NCBI GenBank assembly: GCA_951406725.2
Contig: OX597815.1
Span: forward strand, 211,234,001-211,298,000
Direction: 5' to 3'
DNA length: 64,000 nucleotides
Origin: Octopus vulgaris
Taxonomy: Eukaryota
Shown here: positions 38,781 to 52,207 of the stretch, in pieces
Layout of the letters: the number at the start of each line of letters is the position of its first letter
Position numbering within the stretch: the first letter of the stretch is position 1
Position numbers and translations under genes: made by a program
Notes under the pieces: model-generated
Seen by the model: only the letters and a program-made list of their open reading frames with translations
Databases searched by the model: none
Told to the model about the DNA's origin: nothing

Positions 38781-39486
38781 ATATATGCACATACACAGAG
38801 AAACTTGGTTTTGCTGATTTGGGTGGATCTTCTCCAGAGTAACATATCCCCCAGTCATCCCAGTCCTCTCTCCATAAGATTCAAGGTCCTGAGATCTGCT
38901 TTCACCCCTTCCTCCCATGTCTTTCTCGGTCTCTCTCTACATTAAGTGAACAGCTCTTCTCTATTCAGCTTATTCTTATCCCTATGCATCACATGTCCAT
39001 ACTGGCACAATTTTCTTTCTTTCACACTACATCTGATTCTTCTTTTTGCTCTGTTTTTCTCTCAGCAATTTCGCACTATGTCCTTCATTCACAGTTACAT
39101 TGCATTCTGCCTTTCATAGCACCAGGCACAATAAAATTGCTACCTGGAATATACTGAGGGTGATTCAATACATCATCGAGTCTCCCCTACAAATATGGAA
39201 CATTGTACTTATTACAAATAAATTAACCCTTCCTGCCTGAAGTTTTAGAGGAAGGGGTTAGTTGATTACATCAATCCCAGGGCTTGACTGGTAATTATTT
39301 CACCAACCCCCAAAAGGATGAAAGACAAAGTTGACCACAGCAGAATTTGAATTCAGAACACAAAGATGGACAAAATGCTGCCAAGCATTTTTCCTAGTGT
39401 GAAAAAAGAATTCAATCAAAGAACCAATTTGTTCTAAAAGAAAAAGAAAAGAAAACTGAACTTGTTTGTATTTGAAATTACTAGAT

Positions 39487-39900
39487 TGGCATTGGAGTGG
39501 CTGTGTAGTAAGTAGCTAGCTCACCAACCACATGGTTCCAGGTTCAGTCCCATTGCGCGGCACCTTTGGCAAGTGTCTCGTACTATAGCTCAGGCCGACC
39601 AAAGCCTTGTGAGTGGATTTTTAGACGGAAACTGAAAGAAGCCTGTCATATATATGTATATATATGAGTATGTGTGTGTATATGTATGCATGTCTGTGTT
39701 TGTCCCCCCCCAACATCGCTTGACAACCAATGGTGGTGTGTTTACGCCCCCGTAACTTAGTGGTTCAGCAAAAGAGACCAATAGAATAAATACTAGGCTT
39801 ACAAAGAATAAGTCCTGGGGGTCGATTTTCTCAACTAAAGGCGGTGCTTCAGCATGGCCACAGTCAAATGACTGAAAAGAGTAAAGAGTAAAGAGATAAA
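39487..39900 (+). mobile_element. SINE family A copy
   Basis: Full-length forward copy. Confidence 0.88.
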
Positions 39901-40897
39901 TATACAAAGAAGTATTTGAGCTTATGCAAGTCTTTGTCTAGAGACTTTTTCATTTTAGAAATAGCAGCCAAATTTTCTGCAAATCGCATTCTGCCATGTT
40001 AAAACGGAGAAGGACACATTTGATAGAATAGCACAAGATACTCCTAAAATATCATGTTGATTATGGTCAGAATGCTTTTGATCACAGATTTGTTTCAGCA
40101 ATGTTGATTTGGAGCTAAATAACACCAGGAAACTACTTTTGTAAACAGTTATTGAAGTTTCCTATTTTGCCTTCACTGGCTTAGACATAAAGCATTAGCA
40201 GCAATAGACTATTGAACATATAGTCAAGACTCCTAAACTATTTTTACAGTCAATTAACTTGTACCCATTAATCAAGGCAGCTAAATCTGCTTATCTCAGG
40301 CAACCTAACTTACAACAGCTTTGATTCCTTACTTTACAAAAGAATGATTAATAGCAGGAAGAACATTAAACGGTAAAAGAAAACTCTCAAACAGTATAGA
40401 AATATCCTAATTTGTAGATCAGATTTATGCTAGCATGAAGACAAAGATGTAAACTAGCAGAAGAACCACATTCAAATATTTGTACATGCACGTTCATGCA
40501 CGTCTGCTTATACACGGCAACACACACACACATGTATGCTCATATGCACACATTTGTACGCATACGTACTAGAATTGGTTCAGAGATAAAGCTCTTTGTT
40601 GATGAGATATTTTGTTGTGAACTTAAGTCTTTCAGGTATACCTTATCCATCTTCTTAACCGTAGTATTAACTCCAAACAAATAACTAGATGCTAGTTAGG
40701 AATATACCTCACTGATAAAAGAAAACCCATGGTCAGTTGATAAAGAGTCTGGAGGGTGGGAAACTGATTGAAATGAAGAATAAAGATAAGAATGGGAAGA
40801 GAACAAGGAGAAGGCTAAGAAAATGACAATGGCATGAAAGATGAAGATGAAGGGAACAAAGATGAGGAAGGAAAGTAGAAATTCTACAATTTAAATA

Positions 40898-41300
40898 AGT
40901 GCAGGAGTGGCTGTGTGGTAAGTAACTTGCTTGCCAACCACATAGTTCCGGGTTCAGTCCCACAGCATGGCACCTTGGGCAAGTGTCTTCTACTATAGCC
41001 TCAGGTTGACCAAAGCCTTGTGAGTGGAATTGGTAGATGGAAACTGAAAGAAGCCGGTCGTGTATATGTATATATATGTATGTGTGTGTATATGTTTGTG
41101 TGTCTGTGTTTGTCCCCCAACACCGCTTGATAACCGATGCTGGTGTGTTTACGTCCCTGTAACTTAGCAGTTCGGCAAAAGAGACAGAATAAGTACTCGG
41201 CTTACAAAGAATAAGTCCTGGAGTCAATTTGCTTGATTAAAGGCGGTGCTCCAGCATGGCCACAGTCAAATGACTGAAACAAGTAAAAGAGAGTAAAGAG
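40898..41300 (+). mobile_element. SINE family A copy, followed by a decayed second copy to ~41610
   Basis: Full-length forward copy. Confidence 0.88.
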
Positions 41301-41639
41301 AAGTGCAGACATGGGTGGGTGCTTTTGCAACCACATGGTTTCAGGTTCAGTCCCACTGTGCAGCACATTGGGCATGTGTCTTCTACTATAACCCAGGATG
41401 ACCAATACCCTGTGAGTGAATACGGTAAACAGAAAATTATATGGAAGCCCATCATGTGTGTGTGTCTGTGTGTGTGTGTTTGTCACACCTGCTTCCCAGC
41501 TTGACAACAGGTGTGACTTACAGGTGTTCAGCAAAAGAGACCAATAAAATAAGTACCAGATTTTAAAAAAAAAATGTTCTACAGTTGATTTGCTCAGCTA
41601 AACCCTTCAATTAAAAGTAAAGAAGCAGAGAGAACTTAC

Positions 41640-41766
41640 ATTGCAGGACAAAGATGTTCATTGCATTTGCGTTGCTTGTCATCTGGTTTCATTGAAGCAT
41701 TGCAATACATTTCGTCCACGGCACCAGCTTCCATCTCAGTGCATATTACAACAGAACGTTGAGTTC
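41640..41766 (-). CDS. ADAMTS7: ADAMTS7/12-like exon: TSP1 repeat (GTQRSVVICTEMEAGAVDEMYCNASMKPDDKQRKCNEHLCPA)
   Basis: Not in the ORF track; translated by hand. Acceptor atcacag, donor gtaagt; 127 nt, phase 1 -> 2, in frame with both neighbouring exons. Confidence 0.93.
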
Positions 41767-41869
41767 CTGTGATAAAGATTAGTACAACACATTATTAACA
41801 AGGACATGTATTATACAAAAACACGTCATATAAAAATGTAATTCAGTAATCATAAATAAAAGACATGGT

Positions 41870-42330
41870 CAGTCATTTTACACGACTGAATATATGCTCT
41901 CTGACAGGTTTATAGTTGAGCCTATAGCAGTGGAGACCCCTGGTGTTCTTGGCCCCGCCAGACCTTATCCCTGCTCACAGCTAAGACTTGGTCAGTCATT
42001 TTACACCACTGAATATATGCTCTCTGACAAATTTATAGTGAGTCTGTAGCAGTGGAGACCCCTGGTGTTTTTGGCCGCACCAGACCTTATCCCTGCTCAC
42101 AGCTATCAGGGTGGAGATGGTTATCTGCAACTGCAAGCCCCGTGAGTCAGAGTGGCTGTACCAGTGCATCTCCCTCACCATCCTCCGAGGCAATGCCTTT
42201 TCCATTTTGTCTGCTGGGACCATGTGGGAGTCTAACTTAAAGGAAATTGTACGTTCCTCTCCTTGACGTAGAGTTACCTTATATAAATTGCAGTTACAAG
42301 TCATACTGGATAATAATAATAATAATAAAT
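41870..42330 (+). mobile_element. CRE/R2-group (restriction-like endonuclease) non-LTR retrotransposon 3' remnant with ~120-bp internal tandem duplication
   Basis: DRFIVEPIAVETPGVLG and PRESEWLYQCISLTILRGNAFSIL match the RLE C-terminal motif (..AVET.G.. / QR.S.AI.RGNA..I); followed by (TAA)n. Confidence 0.7.
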
Positions 42331-43872
42331 AGCCTTTCTACTAAAGGCACAAGGCTTCAAAGTTTGGGAAGGGGCATAGTCGATTACATCGACCCCAGTG
42401 TTTTGGTGGTACTTAATTTATCGACCCCAAAAGGATGAAAGACAAAATCGACCTCAGAGGAATTTGAACTCAGAACATAGTGACAGGCAAAATACAGCTA
42501 AGCATTTCGTCCAGCATGCTAACAAGTCTGCCAGTTCACCACCTTAATAATAATAATAATCCTTTCTGCAATAGGCACAAGGCCTGAAATTTGTGGGAAG
42601 TGGGTAAGTCGATGACATCAACCTCAGTACTTGACTGGTACTTAATTTATCGACCCTGAAAGAATAAAAGGCGTAGTCGACCTCAACGGAATTTGAACTC
42701 AGAATGTAACAACAGATAAAATACCACTTAGTATTTCACCTGGCTAGCTAACGATTCTGCCAGCTCACCACATAATAATAATAATAATAATAATAATAAT
42801 AGAAGAGCATTGTCGCTGTGAGAGCTGTTACTGCCCATGTATTTTAATTTAACCTTAAAAAAAAAAAAATTAACGAACTATTGAGTTTGGTTTAATGGCC
42901 TACCAATGTATACTATGAGTTTCTTTGCCCTAGGAGTTGGGAAGACGCTCGGCAAGAAATGGAAGCAAATTTGAAAGAAGAAGAAAAAAACAAAAAAAAC
43001 AATAATAATAATAATAATATGCTGAAATTAAACCTCATTAAGCTGTCTCTAATAATTTTCAAAGCTGTAGTTTCACGTGTCATGACTAAATATGTAAATA
43101 GGAGTAAAAAAAAATGTCATCTCAGTTTATGTTTGTAGGCAAGGCATGTACTGTCATGATGCTTCACTTCAGTTCAGCTCTAATAGCATTCTGGTCAAAG
43201 TCACTCCAGCCACAATCATCGGTACTTCTCCTATGAATTGCAACACTAAGACTATGTTATCCAAAATGTGCCACTATCCTTTCAGGATGGTAGTGGTGTA
43301 ATGTAAGGGAGATATGGCTGTTATTTCTTGCAGGGCAAATAACCACGATGAGTTCAAGACTAGGGGACACAAACACACAAATAGACACATACACACACAT
43401 ATTTGTAGTGGGCTTCTTTCTTAATATTCCATCTATGAGATCTATCCCACAGGGTTTGGTCAACCTGTAGCCATAGAAGAAGATATTTGCCCAAAGTGCC
43501 ATGCAGTGGAATTGAATTCAAAACTAAATGGTTGCAAAGCAAACTGCTTAACTTCTCACAGCCATGCCAATACATTACTTATACCAGTTACATTGAAAGA
43601 AAACGACTTTACAGTTGAAACTGCTCAACATGTTTCACTGACAATGTCTTATCTTCTATTATTCTATTATTTGTTTCAGTCATTTGACTGTGGCCATGCT
43701 GGAGCTCCACCTTTAGTCGAACAAATCGACCCCATGACTTATTCTTTGTCAGTCAAGTACTTATTCTATTGGTCTCTTTTGCCGAACCGCTAAGTTACGG
43801 GAACGTAAACACACCAGCATCGGTTATCAAGCGATGTCGGGGTGACAAATACAAACACACAAATATATACAT

Positions 43873-43920
<48 letters not shown>

Positions 43921-45829
43921 CGTAAAAAGCACCCACTACACTCACGGAGTGATTGGCGTTAGGAAGGGCATCCAGCTGTAGAAACACTGCCAGATCAGAC
44001 TGGAGCCTGGTGCAGCCTCCTGGCTTCCCAGATCCCCAGTCGAACCGTCCAACCCATGCTAGCATGGAGAACGGACATTAAACGATGATGATGATGATGA
44101 TATATATATATATATATATATATATACGACGGGCTTCTTTCAGTTTCAGTCTACCAAATCCACTCACAAGGCTTTGGTCGGCCCAAGGCTATAGTAGAAG
44201 ACACTTACTCAAGGTGCCATGCAGTGGAACTGAACCCAGAACCATGTGGTTAGTAAGCAAGCTACTCACCACCCAGCCACTCCTGCACCTAGAAACTTCA
44301 CTCTTATTGATAAGTGACAACAGAAAGCTCTGTGCTTTCCCCCCATCTTCTCTCAAAGCAATTCCGATGTGTATAAAACCGTTCTAACAAAAGACAAGAA
44401 TTTGTTATACTGAAAACTTATATCTCTATATTATGGATATTTTCATCATCATCATCATCTCCATCATCAGCATCGTTGTCATCATTGTCCCCATCTCTGT
44501 CATCATAATCATACTCACGATGCTCACCACCATCATGATGATTGTCATGGACATCATCATCACCATCATCATCATCATTGGTTTCATATCTGTTTATCTT
44601 ATGATTGTCTTGATTAAAGAAAAAAGAAAAACAAAATGTCCACAGCACTGGTTCCTTCTCATTGTCAATGTCGCTTTACTATCTCAGGACCTTGTTTATC
44701 TCAGACTGGATCTAATTACCACAGCTCACCATTTTATTTTTCTTTCTACCATAAACAATCACCCAAACCATAACACACCTAAACCCAAGTATGTATACAC
44801 ACACATGTGTGTGTGTATCAAATATTCTCACAACCCATCAAACCCACAGTCTGTCTCATCCCTATCTTCTATCACTCTTTCATCTTCTATCGTTTTCTTT
44901 TATCCTTAACATTCAAATATCTTTTTACTCTGTCTCTTTCTTTTATGTCTTCTTTTCTCCATTCTCTCTTTCTTTCACTCTCTTTCCCAGTTTCTCTCCG
45001 ATTCTTTCATCACCGTCTCCTCTTTCTCTCCTTTCCCTCATTATCTCTTTCATTCTCTCATTTCTGCTCTTTCTCTTTTCATTCTTTATTTCTTCCTTTA
45101 TTTCTATATCTACACATCTTCGACTTTCCCTTGATTTCTCTTTCTCTTATCTCTCTTCCACCTTTATTCACACACCACTCACTTTACATTTTCTCAAACA
45201 GCACTGATAGGTTTCAGATATCCAACGACAAAATATCCATCCAGTCCCTTGCACTCAGTATATCTCTCCAATCCAATAACATCCACATTGATATTTATGT
45301 ATCAAAGGTTACTGTATTTAGGTAAATAACCTCAATTCTGTTTTGGTCAGCCAGCAACTCTTCAGTTACTAAATAACAGAGAGTAAAGAGAGGCGGAGAG
45401 AGAAATGGAGAAGAGAGGAGGAATAAGTTTATGATAAAATCAGAGTGATACTGATACAGAGAGAATGGGAACGGGGGGGGGAATGAAATAAAATATAACT
45501 CAAGCATAAACATCTAAATGAAAAATCTCAGCATGAAAGGAAAAGAGACAAAAGCGCTTGGCTGGGGTAAAAGTTTGAAGATAACTAATTGCATCATTAT
45601 TAGGTCAATAAATGCACAAATGGATTATAGTCCATCTTTTCCTGCTTCTGAAAAATGGACTGATTCACTGATATAGAAGGGGTCAGTTGAGTTCAGAGAC
45701 AAAATACTACCATTAACATTAGACGCTGATTAAGAAGTAATGGATACGTTAGATAGAGATGAAAACATAGACATACATACATAAGTAGAAATGTATGTAT
45801 ATACACGCATAAATCCATATATACTATAT

Positions 45830-45920
45830 GTATGTATGTATATATACATAAATATATATATATACATATATACATAAATCATCATCATTGTTTAGCATCC
45901 GATGATGATGATGATTTATG

Positions 45921-45952
<32 letters not shown>

Positions 45953-46075
45953 AATATACATAAATATATATATATATACATAAATATATATATATACATA
46001 AATATACATAAATATATATATATACATAAATATACATAAATATACATATATACATAAATATACATATATACATAA

Positions 46076-46154
<79 letters not shown>

Positions 46155-46161
46155 TACATAA

Positions 46162-46198
<37 letters not shown>

Positions 46199-46229
46199 TA
46201 CATAAATATATATATATATATATATATAA

Positions 46230-46271
<42 letters not shown>

Positions 46272-46406
46272 TATATATACATACATAAATATATATATAC
46301 ATATATATATATATATACATACATAAACATATATATATATACATAAACATATATATATATATATATATATACACATAAACATATATATATATATATATAT
46401 ATACAC

Positions 46407-46437
<31 letters not shown>

Positions 46438-46490
46438 AACATATATATATATATATATACATAAACATATATATATATATATACATAAAC

Positions 46491-46521
<31 letters not shown>

Positions 46522-46540
46522 AACATATATATATATATAC

Positions 46541-46581
<41 letters not shown>

Positions 46582-46700
46582 CATAAAATATATATAATTG
46601 TGTTTGTGTGTATGTGTATATTTGTGTGTGTGTGTGTGTGTGTGTGTAATAAATGTATGTATACACACAAACACACACACACATATATATATATATGCAT
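45830..46700. repeat. ~870-bp compound (TA)n/ACAT/AAAT microsatellite
   Basis: Direct inspection; gives the spurious YIYI ORFs. Confidence 0.97.
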
Positions 46701-47389
46701 GTATATCTTTGCAACTATGCAGAACCAAAGAGCTCCAAGGTATGAAGTGTAATGAGAATTCATTTGGACTCTGTTGGTCGTATTTACAGTAGACAGGTAA
46801 ATTGTACAATATATGCAAGATATTTTAAGTTGAAATATATAATTCCAGAAAAGCTTGTTTGCATAGACTAGAAAATGTAAGCAACATGTTAACAGTGGTA
46901 GGTCAGAAATAAATAAGTCAAATTATGAAAAGTTTTGAATAGATACTAAATTCAGTGAATTTGAGTATGTATTGAACCAAGATTTATCTAGTTTTAGAAA
47001 TTCTATGAATAAATCTATAAATATTCATTTGAACCCAGGTGTCTAGTCACAAGATATGTCTAATACTCACACACACAGACAGAATGTATAAATGCCTGAA
47101 GGCAGATTCAAATTGAGATTTAAATTATGAGTGACACAAAGAAAATGAAATAATTCAAACTGAGATTTAAAAACAAGTAACATTTTAAGAGTATCTACAG
47201 AAATTATCAACATACTGCACCATAGGCGCAGTGGTGGCTGTGTGGTAAGTAGCTTGCTAACCAACCACATGGTTCCGGGTTCAATCCCACTGCATGGCAT
47301 CTTGGGCAAGTGTCTTCTGCTATAGCCCCGGGCCGACCAATGCCTTGTGAGTGGATTTGGCAGACGGAAACTGAAAGAAGCCTGTCGTA

Positions 47390-47436
<47 letters not shown>

Positions 47437-48302
47437 ATTTGTGTGTCTCATGTGTTATTCTGAGCCTGGAGACCTAGTTCAAATGCTAGCATGGGTTGGA
47501 CAGTTCGACTGGGGATCTGGGGAGCCAGGAGGCTGCACCAGGCTCCAGTCCGATTTGGCAGTGTTTCTACAGCTGGATGCCCTTCCTAACGCCAACCACT
47601 CTGTGAGTGTAGTGGGTGCTTTTTACGTGCCATATATATATATATATATATACATACATATATATCATCATCATCATCGTTTAACGTCCGCTTTCCATGC
47701 TAGCATGGATTGGACAATTTGACTGAGGTCTGGCGGGCCAGATGGCTGCACCAGTCTCCAGTCTGATCTGGCAGAGTTTCTACATATACATATACATATA
47801 TATATATACATACATATATATACACACAAATATATAAAAAGACAACATTTATTATTATATTAGGAGAGAATACATACATTTCAACACTTTACAGTATACT
47901 TACATATATACATAATTCTATACAATGATCTAAAACAACAGGATTACTAAACAAAGACCGGAATTAAAGAGAGGAGAAAACCAAAAGGTCTCGTGATATT
48001 CATTGAAGGATTTTATTTCAGATATTCTTATTTTAAAAATCATCTCCGGTTAATCATTGGAGGACGTTGATCTTGCGTTGGCGGAGGTTTGCGCTCTCTG
48101 AGTGCTCTTGTTATTTTTATTGCTATTTTTTTCGGATAGTGTGTAGTGTTGAGAGGCTGGGTATAGGATCTACGTGTTTTGTTTCGGAGTCGGTAAGGTA
48201 AATATCAGTCAAGTATTGGGGTCGATGGCATTGACTAACACCCCCTCACTCAATAATGCTTGTCTTCTACCTAAATTATTGTTATTATTGTTTTTGTTGT
48301 TG

Positions 48303-48334
<32 letters not shown>

Positions 48335-48490
48335 TGCCATGGTCATCTTAGCCTTTCACTCATTTGCAGTCTATAAAATAAGTACCAGTGGGATCAGAAT
48401 AATCAGCTAGACCTCCCACACACACATGCCCCAAAGAAATTTCAGGCTTTTTGCCTATAGTAGAAAGGATAATTACTGCTACTATTATTA

Positions 48491-48536
<46 letters not shown>

Positions 48537-48726
48537 TGTTATTATATTAATTCATATTTTTTTTCTTTATGTCTGTTTTTCAATGTATATTATAGCAGAA
48601 AGAAGAGGATGAAGAGAAATGACAGAAGAAGCGAAGGAAGAAGAAGAGGTGGATAGAAGCAAAAAGAAGAGGAGGAAATTGAGGTGGAAGAAGAGCAGCA
48701 GTAGGGGGATAAATAAAAACACATAC

Positions 48727-48859
48727 CTCCACCACATGAAGAGGTGCAGTGTGACCAATCTGTATACTGCCAACTGAATTCTGGAATTCGGTGGCTGGCA
48801 TTCTCATTCGGCACAGTATACTCAAACTCAACTCCAGGATTTGTCGACTGCAGTAACAA
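48727..48859 (-). CDS. ADAMTS7: ADAMTS7/12-like exon: end of spacer and start of TSP1 repeat (LLLQSTNPGVEFEYTVP...WQYTDWSHCTSSCGG)
   Basis: Acceptor tttacag, donor gtatgt; 133 nt, phase 0 -> 1. Contains the NPGVxYEY spacer end and a WxxxxWxxCxxSCGGG motif. Confidence 0.95.
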
Positions 48860-49011
48860 CTGTAAAGAGAAAAGGAAACAAGGAAGTTAGCAACAGAGTT
48901 AATTATAATGACTAATAGTCACAACCAGCTCCTTTTATTCCGTTTCCTGATGAGTGTGTAGCCCATTTGGGTTGCATGTTCATCTAATTGGTAGGTTTTA
49001 GGTTTCTAGAA

Positions 49012-49212
49012 CAGTGGTTTTCAACCAGGGTTCCGCCAGTACAGTCCAGGGGTTCCGCAAGAAGTTACAAAACTGCTAAAATCAGCAGTAATTTTTAATC
49101 CTCCTGTGCAGATATTTGTGCATAAAACTATTAAATTATTGCACAGGGGTTCCTCGAGCCAGTGGAATGTTTCCGTGGGGTTCCGCTCCAGCAAAAAGTG
49201 TGAAAAGCATTG
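49012..49212. mobile_element. hAT (Charlie-like) MITE
   Basis: TIR CAGTGGTTTTCA / TGAAAAGCATTG; perfect 8-bp TSD TTCTAGAA at 49004-49011 and 49213-49220. Confidence 0.88.
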
Positions 49213-50003
49213 TTCTAGAAGTTTGTGAGGTAAATGATTAAGTCAATGGTATCTCAAAACATGTTCAAATTCCGCCGAGGTCAACGTTGCCTTTCATCCT
49301 TTCGGGGTCAATCAAATAAGTACCAGTTATGCACTGGGGTCGATGTAATCGACTTAATCCCTTTGTCTGTCCTTGTTTATCCTCTCTGTGTTTAGCCCCT
49401 TGTGGGTAGTAAAGAAATAGGTATCTCAAAAAACTTTATGAGTTTTGAGAAGACTTCTTTTCTTGCACTATATACATAATCTCTATGTATATTGGAATAA
49501 GGCAGTATATCTTTCTACTCATTTGCAATGATAACAGGGTCACTGTCATTTGTTATCAAGGTGGTCTGCAACAGGACCTTATAAAAATGGTCCTTTTACT
49601 TATAAATTACAGCTTTGCATTCCTCTTTTAATGTACATTTTTCCATAATTGCATGCGTTAAACAGAAATTATTGAGGAAGATTTTTTACAACTGAGTACC
49701 CAACCGGTTGCCAACTTTCACCTGTTTCTAAGCAAAGTAATACTTCCTCCTAGCCAGAGACGTTTTTCATAAGAAGACTGGCAGAGAAAATCATTTGTAT
49801 GATGGTAACATCACGGATGTCATGATCATTTAGAACTACCAGTGATGTCAAGACAAGGATACACACAAACACACAAACTCTCTCTCTTTCTCTCTCATAT
49901 ATATATATATTTAAATATATATAATCGGTTGGACTCCATGCATGAGACTCCGGTCAAATGTTTTTGCATCTAGTCCTGCAAATTGTATTTCTAATATGAC
50001 AGA

Positions 50004-50067
50004 CCATGCTGACGAGATTGCAGTTTATCCTTGCGGATATTAACAATCGAAACTGATCAGTACATGG
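50004..50067 (+). ncRNA. Type I hammerhead ribozyme motif, intact
   Basis: CCATG-CTGACGA-GATTG..(loop with TATCC/GGATA hairpin)..CAATC-GAAA-CTGATCAG-TA-CATGG. Stem I 5 bp, stem II 5 bp, palindromic stem III ACTGATCAGT, GUA cleavage site after 50062. Confidence 0.9.
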
Positions 50068-50228
50068 GTAATCATTTTTATTTCGTATATTTTCATTTGT
50101 CTTGCTTATTTTTAATGCTTTGGTTTGTACTGAGTTTTTTATTTGAGAACATATTCTTCGTGGAAAATAGCGATTTGACGTCTATATCTGGCATGTTGAC
50201 CGTCCACTTTTAGTGGTCAGTCCTTTAA

Positions 50229-50286
<58 letters not shown>

Positions 50287-50446
50287 TAAAGGACTGACCA
50301 CTAAAAGTGGACGGTCAACATGCCAGATATAGACGTCAAATCGCTATTTTCCACGAAGAATATGTTCTCAAATAAAAAACTCAGTACAAACCAAAGCATT
50401 AAAAATAAGCAAGACAAATGAAAATATACGAAATAAAAATGATTAC

Positions 50447-50510
50447 CCATGTACTGATCAGTTTCGATTGTTAATATCCGCAAGGATAAACTGCAATCTC
50501 GTCAGCATGG
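50447..50510 (-). ncRNA. Type I hammerhead ribozyme motif, intact (mirror copy, sense to ADAMTS pre-mRNA)
   Basis: Exact reverse complement of 50004-50067 in the other arm of the palindrome. Confidence 0.9.
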
Positions 50511-50654
50511 TCTGTCATATTAGAAATACAATTTGCAGGACTAGATGCAAAAACGTTTGACCGGAGTCTCGCATGCATGGAGTCCAACCGATTATATATA
50601 TTTAAATATATATATATATGAGAGAGAAAGAGAGAGAGTTTGTGTGTTTGTGTG

Positions 50655-50686
<32 letters not shown>

Positions 50687-50841
50687 CAGGATAGGCCAAA
50701 GGCCATGAACCAAAACATTTGGCATTTTCTTTACATTATTGTCTTGTACTGTCTTCAGTGTTTTTTGTGAACCCTTAGATGTTAATAAAGAAAACATAAT
50801 TCATTTTGCTCATCATGTATGAGTACATGTGTATTTACCAT

Positions 50842-51213
50842 TATTACCTCTGCCTTAGCAAAGGTGGAGGTATTGTTTTCAGTCATGTTTGTTAGTTTGT
50901 TTATCTGTGGACAAGATATCTCAAGAACTGCCACATGGATTCAAATGAAACTTTCAGGGAAGTTTGGCCTCATGACTGGCACAAACTCATTAGATTTTGG
51001 GATCGATCTGGGACCGGACACAAATACTGGATTATTTTTCCTGTTTTTTTACTTAATTTTTGAGGGCTGTTGGGTTCGTTTTTAATATTCTCGTTTGTGA
51101 GAGTATTCGAGTTTATTTAAGATATTTTCTTTTTAAAAATCCTCTCTGGTTAATCATTGAGAGGACATTGGTGTTGCCTTGGCAGAGGTTTGCACTTTCT
51201 GAGTGGTCTTGTT
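50842..51213 (+). mobile_element. Non-autonomous Helentron-like (HINE-type) element
   Basis: 5' subterminal hairpin ACCTCTGCC..GGTGGAGGT, 3' subTIR GGCAGAGGT and terminal hairpin GCACTT..GAGTG followed by TT; homologous to 59683-60063 and ~48010-48112. Confidence 0.65.
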
Positions 51214-51285
51214 TTATTTATTTTACTTAATTTTAGAAAAATTCCAGGGCATATTACTTATTTTGTTCAACCCTATATGTATGTG

Positions 51286-51323
<38 letters not shown>

Positions 51324-52139
51324 TAAAAGGTTCCCATTAGTTTCATGGTTACTATTGCATTGGGCAATATAAGTGACTCATCAGAGATGCTGACCAGCAG
51401 AAACACATAACATTACTGATGGAGGTAAACATAGTCTTCATAGAATCTAGCGTAGCCCTCTATCTCATCTGTCCTTGTCGAACTATCCAACCCATGCCAG
51501 CATAGAAGAAGAACATTAAATGATGATGATGATGATTATATACATACACATATAAGTTTGTGTATATATATATTGATAAATGTATTCGTACATGTATACA
51601 AACATGTGTGTATGTGCATATTAATATTCACACACACATGGAATACATGAAGAGAATTTACATAAATTAATAGGACTAAAGAGAAAAACAATGAGATATA
51701 TCATTTTCATAAGAGTATTTAATCATTCAATATCCAAATGTATCTTTTGAATAAAAAATAAACTCATTGATAAATTGATAAATTATTCACAATGAATCAT
51801 ATTTCTAATGATTAATTTCTCAAAGAAACTGTTGGAGCTCTAGATTAAATAATGTACTGCATTTTGATGTGTACTTTACTTTTTGATTTGGAATCATCCA
51901 CAACTTAACTTTAACTTATCATTCCTTACCATGTCAATGATATAAATACCATTAATAAATTTGAGTTGATTCACACACCTAGATTTACATCCTCTAAACG
52001 TATTGCTTTTTGTGATGTGCATGTGTGTATGTGTGTTCATAAACATATGAGATTATAGACTATAGTTTCTTATAGAGATCCACTTGCACTGTAACAGTTT
52101 CATAATTGTTCTCAAATTACTCAGTACCTTAAGTAAACT

Positions 52140-52207
<68 letters not shown>

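Larger units (their letters stand above)
49859..50657. repeat. ~800-bp near-perfect palindrome centred on (TA)n; probable Penelope-like element pseudo-LTR inversion
   Basis: Arms 49859-50232 and 50282-50657 are reverse complements apart from a 2-nt indel and one substitution. Mirror ORFs 50031..50213+ and 50301..50483- are identical. One HHR per arm. Confidence 0.9.

Noticed and set aside
45824-46818. Three ~300-aa ORFs (YIYIYI...)
   Set aside because: Translation of a (TA)n compound microsatellite, which lacks stops in these frames; same for 55751-56389, 37782-38090 and 33955-34468.
48947-48980. CTGATGA followed by a long stem
   Set aside because: No GAAA or stem III follows; counted only as a possible half motif.
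50031-50483. Two identical 60-aa hydrophobic ORFs on opposite strands
   Set aside because: A by-product of the palindrome; non-ATG start and AT-rich composition, no protein motif.
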